In this document: positions 46,574-61,690 of the stretch, in pieces
How the letters are laid out: every line of letters begins with the position of its first letter
How positions within the stretch are numbered: the first letter of the stretch is position 1
Assembly: GCA_963766735.1 (NCBI GenBank)
Contig: CAVYBU010000007.1
Coordinates: forward strand, 1 to 64,000
DNA from: an uncultured Chloroflexia bacterium
GTDB lineage: Bacteria > Chloroflexota > Limnocylindria > Limnocylindrales > CSP1-4
Reading direction: 5' to 3'
DNA: 64,000 nt
Position numbers and translations under genes: made by a program
Notes under the pieces: model-generated
Seen by the model: only the letters and a program-made list of their open reading frames with translations
Databases searched by the model: none
Told to the model about the DNA's origin: nothing

Positions 46574-48318
46574 CTACGGCAGCTCGTTCACCCGGTCGGT
46601 GCTCGGCGGAGCAACCGGGCTGTAGGCCGCGAAGAAGTTGACAAAGGCCTGGAGGTCGTTGCCACCATCGAGGCGCGGCGCGGTGATGGTGCCGAACGTG
46701 ATGAAGTTGTCCCCACCGTCGGCGAGGAAGTTGTTGACCGTCACGTTGTAGGTGGCTCCCGGGTCGAACGCCACGCCGTTGAGCATCACGTTGCTCACCG
46801 TGACCGACGTGCAGTTGCCGGCGACGATTGTCGTGGCAAGGTCGTAGGTGAGGCCCTCGGACACGCCGAGGTGCAGGAACGGGTCGGCTCGAGCCGATCG
46901 GCTGGCACTGCTCCTCGAGCACCGAGATGATCTGGGCTCCGGTCATCGGGAAGGTGACCAGGGTGTTGCCGAACGGCTGGAACGTGAACGCCTCACCGTA
47001 GGTGACGACGCCATCGCCCTCGGCGGCGGCTGCGACTGCGGCGTACGTGAGATCAGACCGGAGCCCACCGGGGTTCATGAGAGCGAGCTGGGCCCCGCTG
47101 GCCGAGGTCGACCACAGCTGGGCATCGGCGACCAGGTTGCCGATCGCGCGACTCGACGCCACGGTCCGAGTCCGTCGGGTTCCGCCGCGAATGATCGTCG
47201 CGGTGACGTTGCCGATCGGGGTGCTTCCGGCCTGCGTCGTACAGCGGCTGCCACTTGGCGATGATCGCGGTGAGCGCCGGGTCCGGCGTCAGGGCTGTCT
47301 GGTCGACGACGTGGTTGGCCGCCTTGCTGAGGTCGCGGCGCACATCGTGCGTCCGCTTGTCCAGCACGAGGTTGACCTCGGACACGACTCGGCCGTAGGA
47401 GTAGGCGCTGGTGACGATGCGCGGCTTGCCTGCCGAATTGTCAAGCTTGCAGTTGTAGGGCAGGTGGGTGTGACCGGTCAGGATGGCGTCGATCTCGGGA
47501 TCGAGCGCGTCGTTGATCGCGACGATCGGACCGGAGATGCCGACACAGGCGTCAACGTCGCCCGGAGGCGGCGTCTGTGAGCCGCCCTCGTGCAGCAGCA
47601 CGACGATCGCCTCGACGCCCTGCTTCTTGAGGATCGGGACGAGCTTGTTCGCAGTCTCGGCCTCGTCGAGGAAGTCCCAGCCCTGGATGCCGGCGGCGGC
47701 GACGAGGGTGTCGGTGGCCTCGAGCGTCATGCCGATGAAGCCGACCTTGACGTTGTTGAACTGCTTGATCCAGTAGGGCGGCAGGGGCGTCTTGCCGGTC
47801 GTCTCGTTGACGACGTTGGCGGCCAGCCACTGGAACTCGGCACCGGCGTACGGGGCATCGGGGAAGTAGCAGCCGTCCACGGGGTGGCAGCCGCCGTTCT
47901 GCATCCGCAGGAGCTCCGTGACGCCTTCGTCGAACTCGTGGTTGCCCACGCCGGAGACATCGAGGTGCATCGCGTTGAGCGACTCGACGGACGGCTCATC
48001 GTGGAACAGCCCGGAGAACGCAGGCGAGCCACCGATCAGGTCTCCCGCGGCAACGGTCAGGCTGAACTTGTGGCCGCTGCGCAGCTTGGCGAGCTCCGCC
48101 GCAAGGTACTCGGACCCACCGGCGGGAGTCCCTTCGATTGTCCCGGGCGTGCTCGCCTCGAGGTGGCCGTGGTAGTCGTTGAAGGCCAGGAGCTGGACAG
48201 GGATGAGCTGGCCGGGCGGGTCCGGCTGCTTGCCAACCGCGCTGGCGGCGGTGGTCGCCACCAGCATCATCGCGGCAAGGACTGCCAGCAATCGTCGGGA
48301 TCCGGGGGTGATGGGCAC
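46574..48318 (-). pseudogene. Secreted 5'-nucleotidase/metallophosphatase with frameshifts (about 47230, 47180, 47150, 46880)
   Basis: NDYHG, AGD, GNHEFD, LLHEG, TGHTH, then NPGGLR, QPFGN and VTVNNFLADGGD in different frames. Confidence 0.85.
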
Positions 48319-48471
48319 GATCTCCTCCGCTTGCGTGCGGGGTGGTTAGGGAGGTCCCGCAGTAGATTTGTATGGTAACCGGAGGTCGCGCCAATGGGGT
48401 GAACCGGCCATCGATCCGGTGACAGATGTCAACAGAGATCGTCCCGGGGAAGCGACCGCGGGTGCGGGGGG

Positions 48472-50817
<2,346 letters not shown>

Positions 50818-50953
50818 CGGGCCACGGTAGCAGCGCAGCCGGCGAGTCGTGGATATTAGTTGCGCAGATACGCAAGTAGATGGTAGCCTTCAGATGTCGC
50901 CGGTGCCCATCCTGGGATCGCCATCCCGCGCCGGCCGCAAGAGGGTTCACTTC

Positions 50954-51352
50954 GTGGAGATGATCATCGACTTCCCGGGCGGCTCGCGCGTCGACGCGCA
51001 TTTCGGCGGGTTCTCCGTGCCGACGGACCAGCCGCCGTCGGGTGGGGGTGAGGGTTCGGCCCCGACGCCATTCGCGACCTTCCTGTCGACGATCGGGACA
51101 TGTGCCGGCATCTACGTGCTGGGCTTCTGCCGCCAGCGTGGCATCTCGACGGACGGCATCCGCCTCGTCCAGCGGATGCAGACCGATCCGACGACCCGCC
51201 TGGTGAGCCAGGTGCAGGTCACGATCGAGCTGCCCGAGGGGTTCCCGGCGAAGTACGCGGAGGCGGTCGTGCGCGCCGCGGAGCAGTGCGCGGTCAAGAA
51301 GCACTTCGAGAACCCTCCCGTGATCCACGTGGGAAGCACCCTCGCGGGCTGA
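50954..51352 (+). CDS. OsmC family protein
   Basis: TDQP...GG.GSAPTP, two Cys (TCAG, QCAVK). Confidence 0.9.
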   Translation: MEMIIDFPGGSRVDAHFGGFSVPTDQPPSGGGEGSAPTPFATFLSTIGTCAGIYVLGFCRQRGISTDGIRLVQRMQTDPTTRLVSQVQVTIELPEGFPAKYAEAVVRAAEQCAVKKHFENPPVIHVGSTLAG

Positions 51353-51418
51353 CTTCTCGTGGCTCAAGGTGCATTGACTCCCGTATACAGGGCGCCCTGC
51401 ACCGTGTAGGGTTGCGCA

Positions 51419-52669
51419 ATGGCGTCCCTTCCCACGCGCATCGACACCGCCGTGATCGGTGCCGGCCAGGCCGGGCTCACGATGAGCTGGCACCTGCAGC
51501 AGGCCGGTCGTGACCACCTCCTGCTGGATGCACGCGCCACCCTTGGTGGCGGCTGGCAGGACCGGTGGGACCAGTTCAGGCTCGTCGGGCCGAACTGGAC
51601 GGCATCGTTCCCTGGCGCGCCATATGACGGGAGCGACCCGGATGGGTTCATGGCGCGCGACGAGATCATCGGTCGCGTTGCGCGGTACGCAGAGACGATC
51701 GGCGCGCCGGTGGTCCTCGATACGCGCGTGCACGGGCTTCGAGGCGCGCAGGACGGATTTGCGCTCGAGACCTCCCAGGGTCCGGTCCGCGCCCGCGAGG
51801 TCGTGGTCGCCACTGGCGGCTTCCACGCACCAAGCGTCCCCGCCCTCGCAAGCGGGCTCTCGCCGCGGGTCCTGAGCCTGCATGCGCACGACTATCGACG
51901 AGCCGCCGACCTTCCTCCCGGCGCGGTGCTCGTCGTCGGCTCGGGGCAGACGGGGACGCAGCTGGTCGAGGAGCTGCGGTCGGCAGGCCGGGAGGTCTAC
52001 CTGTGCGTTGGTGGAACTGGTCGTGTTCCGCGCCGGTACCGCGGCAGGGACATCTTCTTCTGGTTGTCGCAGCTGGCCGAGCGCGGGAGGGACGTGGGGG
52101 TCACCCTCCCGTCGGTTGACACCCTGCAGGACCCACGGCGACGGCTGGCCGGCAACCCTCAGTTGTCGGGCCACGGTGGGGGCCACGAGGTCGATCTCCA
52201 CCAGCTCGGTCGGGATGGGACCACGCTGCTGGGCAGGCTCCAGGCGGTAGATGGCGAGCGCATCAGCCTTGGCGCGGGTCTGGCAGCAAGCCTCGCCTCC
52301 GCTGACCGGTTCTTCGGCGAGCGGTTCCAGGGTCCGATCGATGCCTTCATTGCGGCAGCCGGCATGGATTGCCCGCCGGCCGATCCGCCCGTCATCACGG
52401 ACTCCGTGGCACCGGCCATCGCCGAGCTCGCCCTCGATGAGGCGGGCATCTCGACGGTCCTGTGGGCGACCGGGTATCGCCAGGACTACAGCTGGATCGA
52501 GCCTCCGGTCACGGACGAGCTGGGCTTCCCGCGGCAGAGCCTCGGAGCCTCCGACGTGCCTGGGCTCTACTTCATCGGGTCGCTCTGGCAGCACGACCAG
52601 GTGTCCGCCACCCTGGTCGGGCTCCCGCGTGATGCGCGCACGCTGGCGAGCCGGATGGGGCTCGGCTAG
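51419..52669 (+). CDS. Flavin-containing monooxygenase family oxidoreductase
   Basis: GAGQAG, WQDRWD, VVATG, VGSGQTG, WATGY. Confidence 0.9.
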   Translation: MASLPTRIDTAVIGAGQAGLTMSWHLQQAGRDHLLLDARATLGGGWQDRWDQFRLVGPNWTASFPGAPYDGSDPDGFMARDEIIGRVARYAETIGAPVVLDTRVHGLRGAQDGFALETSQGPVRAREVVVATGGFHAPSVPALASGLSPRVLSLHAHDYRRAADLPPGAVLVVGSGQTGTQLVEELRSAGREVYLCVGGTGRVPRRYRGRDIFFWLSQLAERGRDVGVTLPSVDTLQDPRRRLAGNPQLSGHGGGHEVDLHQLGRDGTTLLGRLQAVDGERISLGAGLAASLASADRFFGERFQGPIDAFIAAAGMDCPPADPPVITDSVAPAIAELALDEAGISTVLWATGYRQDYSWIEPPVTDELGFPRQSLGASDVPGLYFIGSLWQHDQVSATLVGLPRDARTLASRMGLG

Positions 52670-52831
52670 ACCCGACATGGTGCCGCAAGGCACGAGCGAT
52701 TGGCAGCCCGGCGCTCGGAGCGGCACCGTGGTCGCGTATCCTGCTCATCTGACCATCGTTGCTCCCTTCATGCGGCGTGGCCATCGTCCACCTGCGCCAA
52801 GGTCGGAACGCACCTCGAGGAGGAACCTGGG

Positions 52832-55606
52832 ATGACATCAGCGCTCGAGCAGCCAGGCCCGGGTGCCGCGGCGAAGGCCGCTGCGGCCTCTCCGGTGTGG
52901 CACGCGCTCAGCCCCGACGAGGCTCTTGCCGCGCAGGGCGTCTCCGTCGATGCCGGCCTCACGTCGGCCGAGGCCGACTCCCGGCGCGCGACGTACGGCA
53001 GGAACACGTTCGCCGAAGCGAAGAAGGCGTCGACGTGGCAGCGGTTCACCCGCCAGTACGCGGACCCGATGCAGATCGTGCTCGTGGTCGCGGGCGTCAT
53101 CTGCCTGTTCCTGCCCGGCCAGTTCTACACCGGCGTCTTTCTGATCCTGCTCACCCTGTTCAACGCATGGATGGCGATGAACCAGGAGGGCAAGGCAGAG
53201 GCGAGCGCCTCGGCCCTTCAGGGGATGATGGTCGTCAAGGCCAAGGTGCGGCGCAACGGCGATCTAGTCGAGATCCCGATGGAGGAGCTCGTCCCGGGCG
53301 ACATCGTCAACATCGAGGCAGGCGACCTCGTCCCCGCCGACGCGCGCATCCTCACCGCGGCGACCCTCGAGATCGACGAGTCCGCGCTCACCGGCGAGAG
53401 CGTCCCCACCCCCAAGCAGGTCGACTCGGTCGCTGCCGACGCGGCTCTTGGGGACCGCGTGGACCTGGCCTTCATGAACACCCAGGTCACCCGTGGGGCC
53501 GGCACCATCCTGATCATCACCACCGGGATGGCGACCGAGGTGGGCCACATCAGCGGCATGCTCCAGTCAACTACGGTCGAGAAGACACCGCTGACCAAGC
53601 AGCTGGACGTGCTCACGAACCAGATCCTCGTCATCGCCGGCGTCGCGCTTGCGGTCTCGGTCATCCTGGGCCTGTACCGCAAGGTCGAGCTCGATGAGCT
53701 GTTCCTCAGCGCGGTGGCGTTCGCGGTCGCGGCCATCCCGACGGCGCTGCCCGCCGTCGTCACCGCCATCCTGGCGAAGGGCTCGCAGATGCTCGCCGAC
53801 GCGGGCGCCATCATGAAGCGCCTGCGCTCCGTGGAGACCCTGGGCTCGACGTCCGCCATCAACTCGGACAAGACCGGGACCCTCACCCTCAACCAGATGA
53901 CCGCCACCCAGATGGCGATCGTCGGCCGGCGCTACGCGATCAGCGGCGAGGGCTACTCGACGACCGGGCAGATCGCCCACACCGGCGGCCAGCCCGACGT
54001 GCCGCTCGAGCAGTACCTCCTGCCGATGGTCCTGTGCGCAGACGCTGAGGTCAGGGATGGGGGACTGGTGGGTGACCCGACCGAGGGAGCCCTGGTCGTC
54101 CTTGCCGCCAAGGGCGGCGTGGATCCCGCGCTGACGCGAGAGCAGTACCCGCGCGTCGCAACCCTGCCGTTCGACGCTGCGTACAAGATGATGGCCACGT
54201 TCCACCGCATGACGGACGCGAGCGGACGAGACGTCATCCGCTGCTACATCAAGGGAGCCCCGGACCAGCTACTCGCACGCGCGACGAGCGCGCACGGCCC
54301 GGACGGCACCGAAGTGCCCGTTGACCAGCTGCGCGACGCCTACCTGGCCGAGAACGATCGCCTGGGCACGATGGGCCTGCGCGTCATGGCGACGGGCCAG
54401 AAGGACTTCGACCCGGCAACGTTCGACCCGGACGCAGACCTGCTGCCGGCGCTTGACGGCCTCACGCTGCTGGCGATCGTCGGCATCGTCGACCCGCCGC
54501 GTCCGGCTGCGAAGGACGCCATCACCCAGGCGAAGGCGGCCGGGATCCAGGTCCGCATGATCACCGGCGACCACGCGGTCACCGCCGAGGCCATCGCCCG
54601 CCAGCTGGGCATCGAGGGCCGCGCGATCACCGGTGCCGAATTCGGGGCGATGAGCGACGAGGAGGCGATCCGCCAGATCGACGGCATCGGCGTTATCGCC
54701 CGCGTCTCGCCTGAGCACAAGGTCCACCTCGTCGACATCCTGCGCAAGAAGGGTCACGTCGTCGCTATGACCGGCGACGGCGTGAACGATGCCCCAGCGC
54801 TCAAGAGGGCCGACATCGGCATCGCGATGGGGATCACAGGGACGGAAGTCTCCAAGCAGGCCGCCGTCATGATCCTCACGGACGACAACTTCGGGACGAT
54901 TGTCAAGGCCGTCGGGCTCGGCCGCTCCGTGTACGACAACCTGATGCGGTTCATTCGCTTCCAGATGGCGGGCCTGTTCGGGTTCATCGCCACGTTCCTC
55001 GGCGCGTCGCTGTTCAACATCCTGGGCGGGATCCCATTCCTGCCGCTCCAGACGCTCTGGATCAACTTCACCGTCACGACCATCCAGGCGATCGGCCTCG
55101 GCTACGGAAAGCCTCGGGAAGGCCTCATGAAGGAGCCGCCCAGGCCCAAGGAGCAGCAGATCATGCCGCGCCGCCTGACGACCTGGCTCGTGTTCGTCGG
55201 ACTGGTGATGGGTGTCGGCACCCTCGGGGTGCTGTGGTGGGCCAACGACGCCTACGGCGAGGTCGTCGCGCGGACGATGGGTCTCACCGCCTTCTGCCTC
55301 TACCGCCTGTTCTCCTCGCTGGAGAGCGCGGATGAGAGCGAGTCCCTGTTCGGTGGGTCGATCCTCTCGAACCGGCCGCTTCTCATGGGAACGGGCATTT
55401 CCGTCCTGGCGATCATCCTCGCGACCGAGTTCGGCTTCTTCCAGCGTCTGCTGGGCACGACTTCCATGACCGTTGAGCAGTGGGCCGTGTGCATCGTCGT
55501 CCCGCTGTCGCTTATCGTGGTCGAGGAGGTGCGCAAGCTCCTCAAGGTGCGGACCGTTGAGCAACCGGCCACCACACAGGCAGCTTCGGCCGCCGCCGCG
55601 GCATAG
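52832..55606 (+). CDS. P-type ATPase, P2A-like architecture, substrate uncertain
   Basis: TGES, DKTGTLT, KGAPD, MITGD, TGDGVNDAPAL; TM4 reads IPTALP. Confidence 0.93.
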   Translation: MTSALEQPGPGAAAKAAAASPVWHALSPDEALAAQGVSVDAGLTSAEADSRRATYGRNTFAEAKKASTWQRFTRQYADPMQIVLVVAGVICLFLPGQFYTGVFLILLTLFNAWMAMNQEGKAEASASALQGMMVVKAKVRRNGDLVEIPMEELVPGDIVNIEAGDLVPADARILTAATLEIDESALTGESVPTPKQVDSVAADAALGDRVDLAFMNTQVTRGAGTILIITTGMATEVGHISGMLQSTTVEKTPLTKQLDVLTNQILVIAGVALAVSVILGLYRKVELDELFLSAVAFAVAAIPTALPAVVTAILAKGSQMLADAGAIMKRLRSVETLGSTSAINSDKTGTLTLNQMTATQMAIVGRRYAISGEGYSTTGQIAHTGGQPDVPLEQYLLPMVLCADAEVRDGGLVGDPTEGALVVLAAKGGVDPALTREQYPRVATLPFDAAYKMMATFHRMTDASGRDVIRCYIKGAPDQLLARATSAHGPDGTEVPVDQLRDAYLAENDRLGTMGLRVMATGQKDFDPATFDPDADLLPALDGLTLLAIVGIVDPPRPAAKDAITQAKAAGIQVRMITGDHAVTAEAIARQLGIEGRAITGAEFGAMSDEEAIRQIDGIGVIARVSPEHKVHLVDILRKKGHVVAMTGDGVNDAPALKRADIGIAMGITGTEVSKQAAVMILTDDNFGTIVKAVGLGRSVYDNLMRFIRFQMAGLFGFIATFLGASLFNILGGIPFLPLQTLWINFTVTTIQAIGLGYGKPREGLMKEPPRPKEQQIMPRRLTTWLVFVGLVMGVGTLGVLWWANDAYGEVVARTMGLTAFCLYRLFSSLESADESESLFGGSILSNRPLLMGTGISVLAIILATEFGFFQRLLGTTSMTVEQWAVCIVVPLSLIVVEEVRKLLKVRTVEQPATTQAASAAAAA

Positions 55607-55632
55607 TCCGCACCCGCGAAAGGACGCATTCC

Positions 55633-56508
55633 GTGGCTAAGAAGAAGAACAAGAAGGACAACATGACCAAGCCCGAGGAGGCGAGCCATGACGTGGGGGG
55701 TGTTGAGGCTCCGACCACTCCTGCCGATCCCCCGGCGAAGATGAAGACCAAGGACTACGAGCTCGAGATGGCCCGTCTCCACGGCGAGCTCGTCGCGATG
55801 CAGGAGTGGGTCAAGGCGACCGGCGCCAAGGTCTTGATCGTGTTCGAAGGCCGGGATACCGCGGGCAAGGGGGGCGTGATCAAGCGGATCACCGAGCGAG
55901 TCAGCCCCCGCGTGTTCAAGGTGGTGGCCCTGTCCGCTCCGACGGACCGCGAGAAGTCGCAGATGTACATCCAGCGGTACCTGCCGCACTTCCCGGCCGC
56001 GGGCGAGGTCGTGATCTTCGATCGGAGCTGGTACAACCGTGCCGGCGTCGAGCGGGTCATGGGCTTCTGCACCCCGGAGCAGACCGAGGGCTTCCTCGAG
56101 CAGACCCCGGCTGTCGAGAAGGCCATGGTGGAATCGGGCATCATCCTGATCAAGTACTGGCTGGAGGTCAGCGCGGACGAGCAGACGCGCCGTCTGGAGG
56201 GCCGTATCCACGACCCGCGGAAGGTGTGGAAGCTGACCGACATGGACCTCAAGTCCTACAGCCGCTGGACGGACTACTCGCGGGCGCGGGATGCCATGTT
56301 CGCGGCGACGGACACGCCCTGGGCACCCTGGTACATCGCACGCACGGACGACAAGAAGAAGGGCCGGCTCAACATCATCACCCACCTGCTGAGCCAGGTG
56401 CCCTATGAGCCGCTCGAAACCAAGGACATCACGTTGCCGAAGCGCAGGGTGAGCGCCAGGTCCGCCGAGTCGAAGCTGCCCCTCAAGTACATCCCGACGC
56501 CGTTCTGA
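55633..56508 (+). CDS. ppk2: Polyphosphate kinase 2
   Basis: FEGRDTAGKGG, FDRSWYNRAGVERVMGFC. Confidence 0.95.
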   Translation: MAKKKNKKDNMTKPEEASHDVGGVEAPTTPADPPAKMKTKDYELEMARLHGELVAMQEWVKATGAKVLIVFEGRDTAGKGGVIKRITERVSPRVFKVVALSAPTDREKSQMYIQRYLPHFPAAGEVVIFDRSWYNRAGVERVMGFCTPEQTEGFLEQTPAVEKAMVESGIILIKYWLEVSADEQTRRLEGRIHDPRKVWKLTDMDLKSYSRWTDYSRARDAMFAATDTPWAPWYIARTDDKKKGRLNIITHLLSQVPYEPLETKDITLPKRRVSARSAESKLPLKYIPTPF

Positions 56509-56704
56509 CGGGAGCGGTCTGGGTCCCGTTGGCGTGACCGACGGTCCCTCAGATCAGCTTTTGCTTTCGGGGAGTTCCGGGGTCAGACGCCCCAAGCCAA
56601 GGGCATCGATGATCTCGATCCCCGTCTCGGGCGGATAGGAAGCGATGCCGCGTCCAGGAGCTTCGTGGTGGCGCGGCCGTCGGCACGGCGGCTGGCCCGT
56701 CGGG

Positions 56705-56893
56705 CTACCAGTGCCGGGCGCGCTGGAGGGCGTAGAGGCCCAGGTACACCGCGATGCCGATTCCCGCTCCCACCAGCACGATCACGCCATGGAGCTCCGC
56801 GGGAACCGTGGCCGAGAAGGCCATGAGCGCGATCTCGAGGATCACCACCGCGGCGACGACAACGACCCAATGACGACCATTCCGGACTGTCAT
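56705..56893 (-). CDS. Small two-TM membrane protein
   Basis: ATG after GGAGG; two hydrophobic helices. Confidence 0.55.
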   Translation of the reverse strand: MTVRNGRHWVVVVAAVVILEIALMAFSATVPAELHGVIVLVGAGIGIAVYLGLYALQRARHW

Positions 56894-57083
56894 CGACCAC
56901 CTCCGTCGTCGCCAAGTCTGGCGCGAAACAGGATGACCGCAAGTGTCGATGGTCACCGGCGCAGGCTCCGGCCCCGGGGGCGGGCGGTCGCCCGGCGCAT
57001 AATGGCGCTCGCCCATCACTCGGCCGACGAGGCACACGAGCCCCCACGGCAGGCCGACCGGACTCGACAGCAGGGATCGCCGA

Positions 57084-59858
57084 ATGACCCAACGGACGAA
57101 CGTGGCTCTCGTGGTGAACGGCACCCCCCGTAGCCTCGACGTCCCCCCGGGGTGGCGGCTCCTGGACCTGCTCCGTGATGGTCTCGGCCTGGTCGGGAGC
57201 AAGGAAGGATGCGACGACGGCACGTGCGGGACGTGCGTCGTCATGGTCGACGGGAAGGCGCTGCGTGCCTGCCGGACGTCTGCGACGAAGGCGGCGGGAA
57301 GCCAGGTCCTGACCATCGAGGGGCTCGGGAGCGTCGAACGTCCGCACGCACTGCAAGAGGCGTTCGTGGCGGCCGATGCGGTCCAGTGCGGGTTCTGCAC
57401 CCCCGGCATGATCATGGCTGCCGCGGCGCTGCTCGAGCGCAATCCCCATCCCAGCCGGGGCGAGATCGGCCAGTGGCTCGGCAGCAACCTCTGTCGCTGC
57501 ACCGGGTACGAGAGCATCGTGGACGCGATCGAGTGGGCAGCCAACGGGCAACAGGGCTCGCCGCGCGCCTGGCCTGCGCAGGCGGATGGCGCGACGCAGC
57601 CGCCGGAGGGGGCCGGTCATCGGCGCGTGGATGCGCTGGACAAGGCCACCGGCCGCGCGCTCTACGCGGCGGATCTGGCGGTCGATGGGATGCTGCATGC
57701 CCGGGCTCTGCGCAGCCCGCACGCGCACGCGGAGATCATCCGTATCGATACGGAGCGCGCGCGACAGCTGTCTGGCGTCTTGGCGATCCTGACCGCTTCG
57801 GACGTCCCCGAGAACAGCTACGGACGCAAGGTGAAGGACGAGCCGGTCCTTGCGGATGCCAGGGTCCGGAAGGCGGGCGACCCGGTCGCTTTGGTCGTGG
57901 CGACCTCGCCCGAGGTGGCGGCCTCGGCGCTCGCGGTGATCGAGGTGGAATACCGACAGCTCCCCGCCGTGTTCACGCCTGATGAGGCACTCGCGGACGG
58001 CGCACCGGCGATCCATCCAGGGGGCAACCTGCTGGCGGAGAACTGGCTGCGGTCGGGCAACATCGAGGACGGATTCGGGCGCTCCGATGTCGTGGTGGAG
58101 AGCACCTACACGACCCCCTGGAATGAGCACGCCTACCTCGAGCCGGAAGCGGCGCTCGCCTACTGGGAGGAAGACACGCTCGTCGTCCGGACGGCGACGC
58201 AGTACTCGCACTACCAGCGGGCCGAGATCGCGAGGACGCTTGGCCTGCCAGTCGAGCGGGTCCGTGTGCTTCCCACCGTCGTCGGGGGCGCATTCGGAGG
58301 CAAGACCGAGATCTCGTGCCAGTGCCTTGCTGCGCTGGCCACGTACCGCACAGGCCGGCCGGTCAGGATCGTCTACAGCCGGGCAGAGTCGTTTGCGACG
58401 ACGACGAAGCGGCATCCGTACCGGATCCGATGCCGGAGCGGCGCTACCCGGGACGGAAGCCTCACGGCCCTCCAGGTGGACATGGTCGCCGACACCGGCG
58501 CGTACGCCTCGTTCGGCCCCGGGCTGATGGTCAAGACGTTCGCCTCGGCGGCGGGTCCGTACCGCTGGCCGCACATCGAGCTTCACGGACGGGTGGCGTT
58601 CACCAACAACCCGACGGCCGGTTGCATGCGCGGCCCAGGCACAACGCAGGTCGCCTTCGCCGTTGAATCGCAGATGGACCAGCTCGCCGAGAAGCTGGGC
58701 ATGGATCCCCTCGCGTTCCGGGAGAAGAACGGGCTGCGGCACGGCGACAGGCTCCTGTCCGGACAGGTACTCGAGCGCGACCCGGCCTACGGCTCAACGC
58801 TCGAGGCGGTCCGGCCGCACTGGCTGGAGGCGAGGGCGAGGTGCGCCGAGCCGGGGGCCGGCGATGGCCCGGTGCGGCGAGGGGTCGGGGTGGCCTCGGT
58901 CTGGTACGGCATCGGTGGTGGTGGCGGCGGCCCCGTTCCCGGCCAGGACCCCGCGCTCACGGTGGGGCGCGGGCCAGGGCGAGCAGCGATCGACCTTGGC
59001 GCTGATGGTTCGATCACGCTGAGGACCGGCGCGCTCGACCTCGGACAGGGGTCCTCCACCGCCCTGGGCATCATTGCCGCGGAGGAGATCGGCGTCCCGT
59101 TCGATCAGGTGGACGTCCTGACCGGCGACACGGCCACGTGCCCGGACGCCGGCCCCGCGGTGGGCAGCCGGGTGACGTTCTTTGTCGGCAACGCGGTGCG
59201 GAATGCGGCAGCCGACTTCCGGGAGGCGATCCTGGGCACCGCAAGCGGGCTGCTTGATCGTCCGTTCGGGGAGCTCGAGGTCCACGGTGCGCAGGTCAGG
59301 AGCCGCGGAGGTCCCGAGGTTGCGATACCGCTGTCCGGTATCGCCCGGGCGAGGGCGGAGGTGGGACGCACCAACACGTTCGAGGGCTACTTCGACGCCG
59401 ACGTCCCCGCCTACGACCCCAGCCTTGGGCAGGGCGAGCCCTACGCGATGTACGTCAGCGGGACGCAGATGGCGGAGGTCGAGGTCGACACGAGGACGGG
59501 CGCGGTGCGGGTCCTGCGCGTGGTCGCCGCCCACGACGTGGGGAGGGCGGTCTTTCCCGAGGGCGTCGTCGGCCAGATCGAAGGCGGGATCGCCATGGGC
59601 CTGGGGTTCGCCCTCACCGAGGAGTTCATTCCCGGGGCGACCACCGGCTTCAAGCAGTACCGGGTGCCTCGCACGAGGGACATGCCCGAGATGGTCACGC
59701 TGCTCGTCGGTGGGGCCGGGGGGCCGCCCGAGCTGGAGGCCAAGGGCGTGGCCGAGTGCTCGAACATGGTCGTCGCTCCGGCCATCACGGGGGCGATCGC
59801 CCACGCGACGGGAGTCCGGGTCGTGGATCTGCCGGTGAGGCTCGCGCGCCGCGACTGA
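57084..59858 (+). CDS. Xanthine/aldehyde oxidoreductase family molybdoenzyme with fused 2x[2Fe-2S] domain (Mop-like)
   Basis: GCDDGTCGTC, QCGFCTPG, CRCTGY, GGAFGGK, MRGPG, GQIEGG, KGVAE. Confidence 0.93.
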   Translation: MTQRTNVALVVNGTPRSLDVPPGWRLLDLLRDGLGLVGSKEGCDDGTCGTCVVMVDGKALRACRTSATKAAGSQVLTIEGLGSVERPHALQEAFVAADAVQCGFCTPGMIMAAAALLERNPHPSRGEIGQWLGSNLCRCTGYESIVDAIEWAANGQQGSPRAWPAQADGATQPPEGAGHRRVDALDKATGRALYAADLAVDGMLHARALRSPHAHAEIIRIDTERARQLSGVLAILTASDVPENSYGRKVKDEPVLADARVRKAGDPVALVVATSPEVAASALAVIEVEYRQLPAVFTPDEALADGAPAIHPGGNLLAENWLRSGNIEDGFGRSDVVVESTYTTPWNEHAYLEPEAALAYWEEDTLVVRTATQYSHYQRAEIARTLGLPVERVRVLPTVVGGAFGGKTEISCQCLAALATYRTGRPVRIVYSRAESFATTTKRHPYRIRCRSGATRDGSLTALQVDMVADTGAYASFGPGLMVKTFASAAGPYRWPHIELHGRVAFTNNPTAGCMRGPGTTQVAFAVESQMDQLAEKLGMDPLAFREKNGLRHGDRLLSGQVLERDPAYGSTLEAVRPHWLEARARCAEPGAGDGPVRRGVGVASVWYGIGGGGGGPVPGQDPALTVGRGPGRAAIDLGADGSITLRTGALDLGQGSSTALGIIAAEEIGVPFDQVDVLTGDTATCPDAGPAVGSRVTFFVGNAVRNAAADFREAILGTASGLLDRPFGELEVHGAQVRSRGGPEVAIPLSGIARARAEVGRTNTFEGYFDADVPAYDPSLGQGEPYAMYVSGTQMAEVEVDTRTGAVRVLRVVAAHDVGRAVFPEGVVGQIEGGIAMGLGFALTEEFIPGATTGFKQYRVPRTRDMPEMVTLLVGGAGGPPELEAKGVAECSNMVVAPAITGAIAHATGVRVVDLPVRLARRD

Positions 59859-59937
59859 CGCGACGAGGCGCAGACCCGCGGTCCGCCACGGAGCGTTCGT
59901 ATCGCGAGTTCCACGCAGTCGGTACCCTTGACCGGTC

Positions 59938-61614
<1,677 letters not shown>

Positions 61615-61690
61615 CGGCCACCCGGCTCCGACCGGCGTATCGGGCCGTTTGTCACTGTCCGGTGCGGCGGTCCTTCGGCACCCTCAGCAG

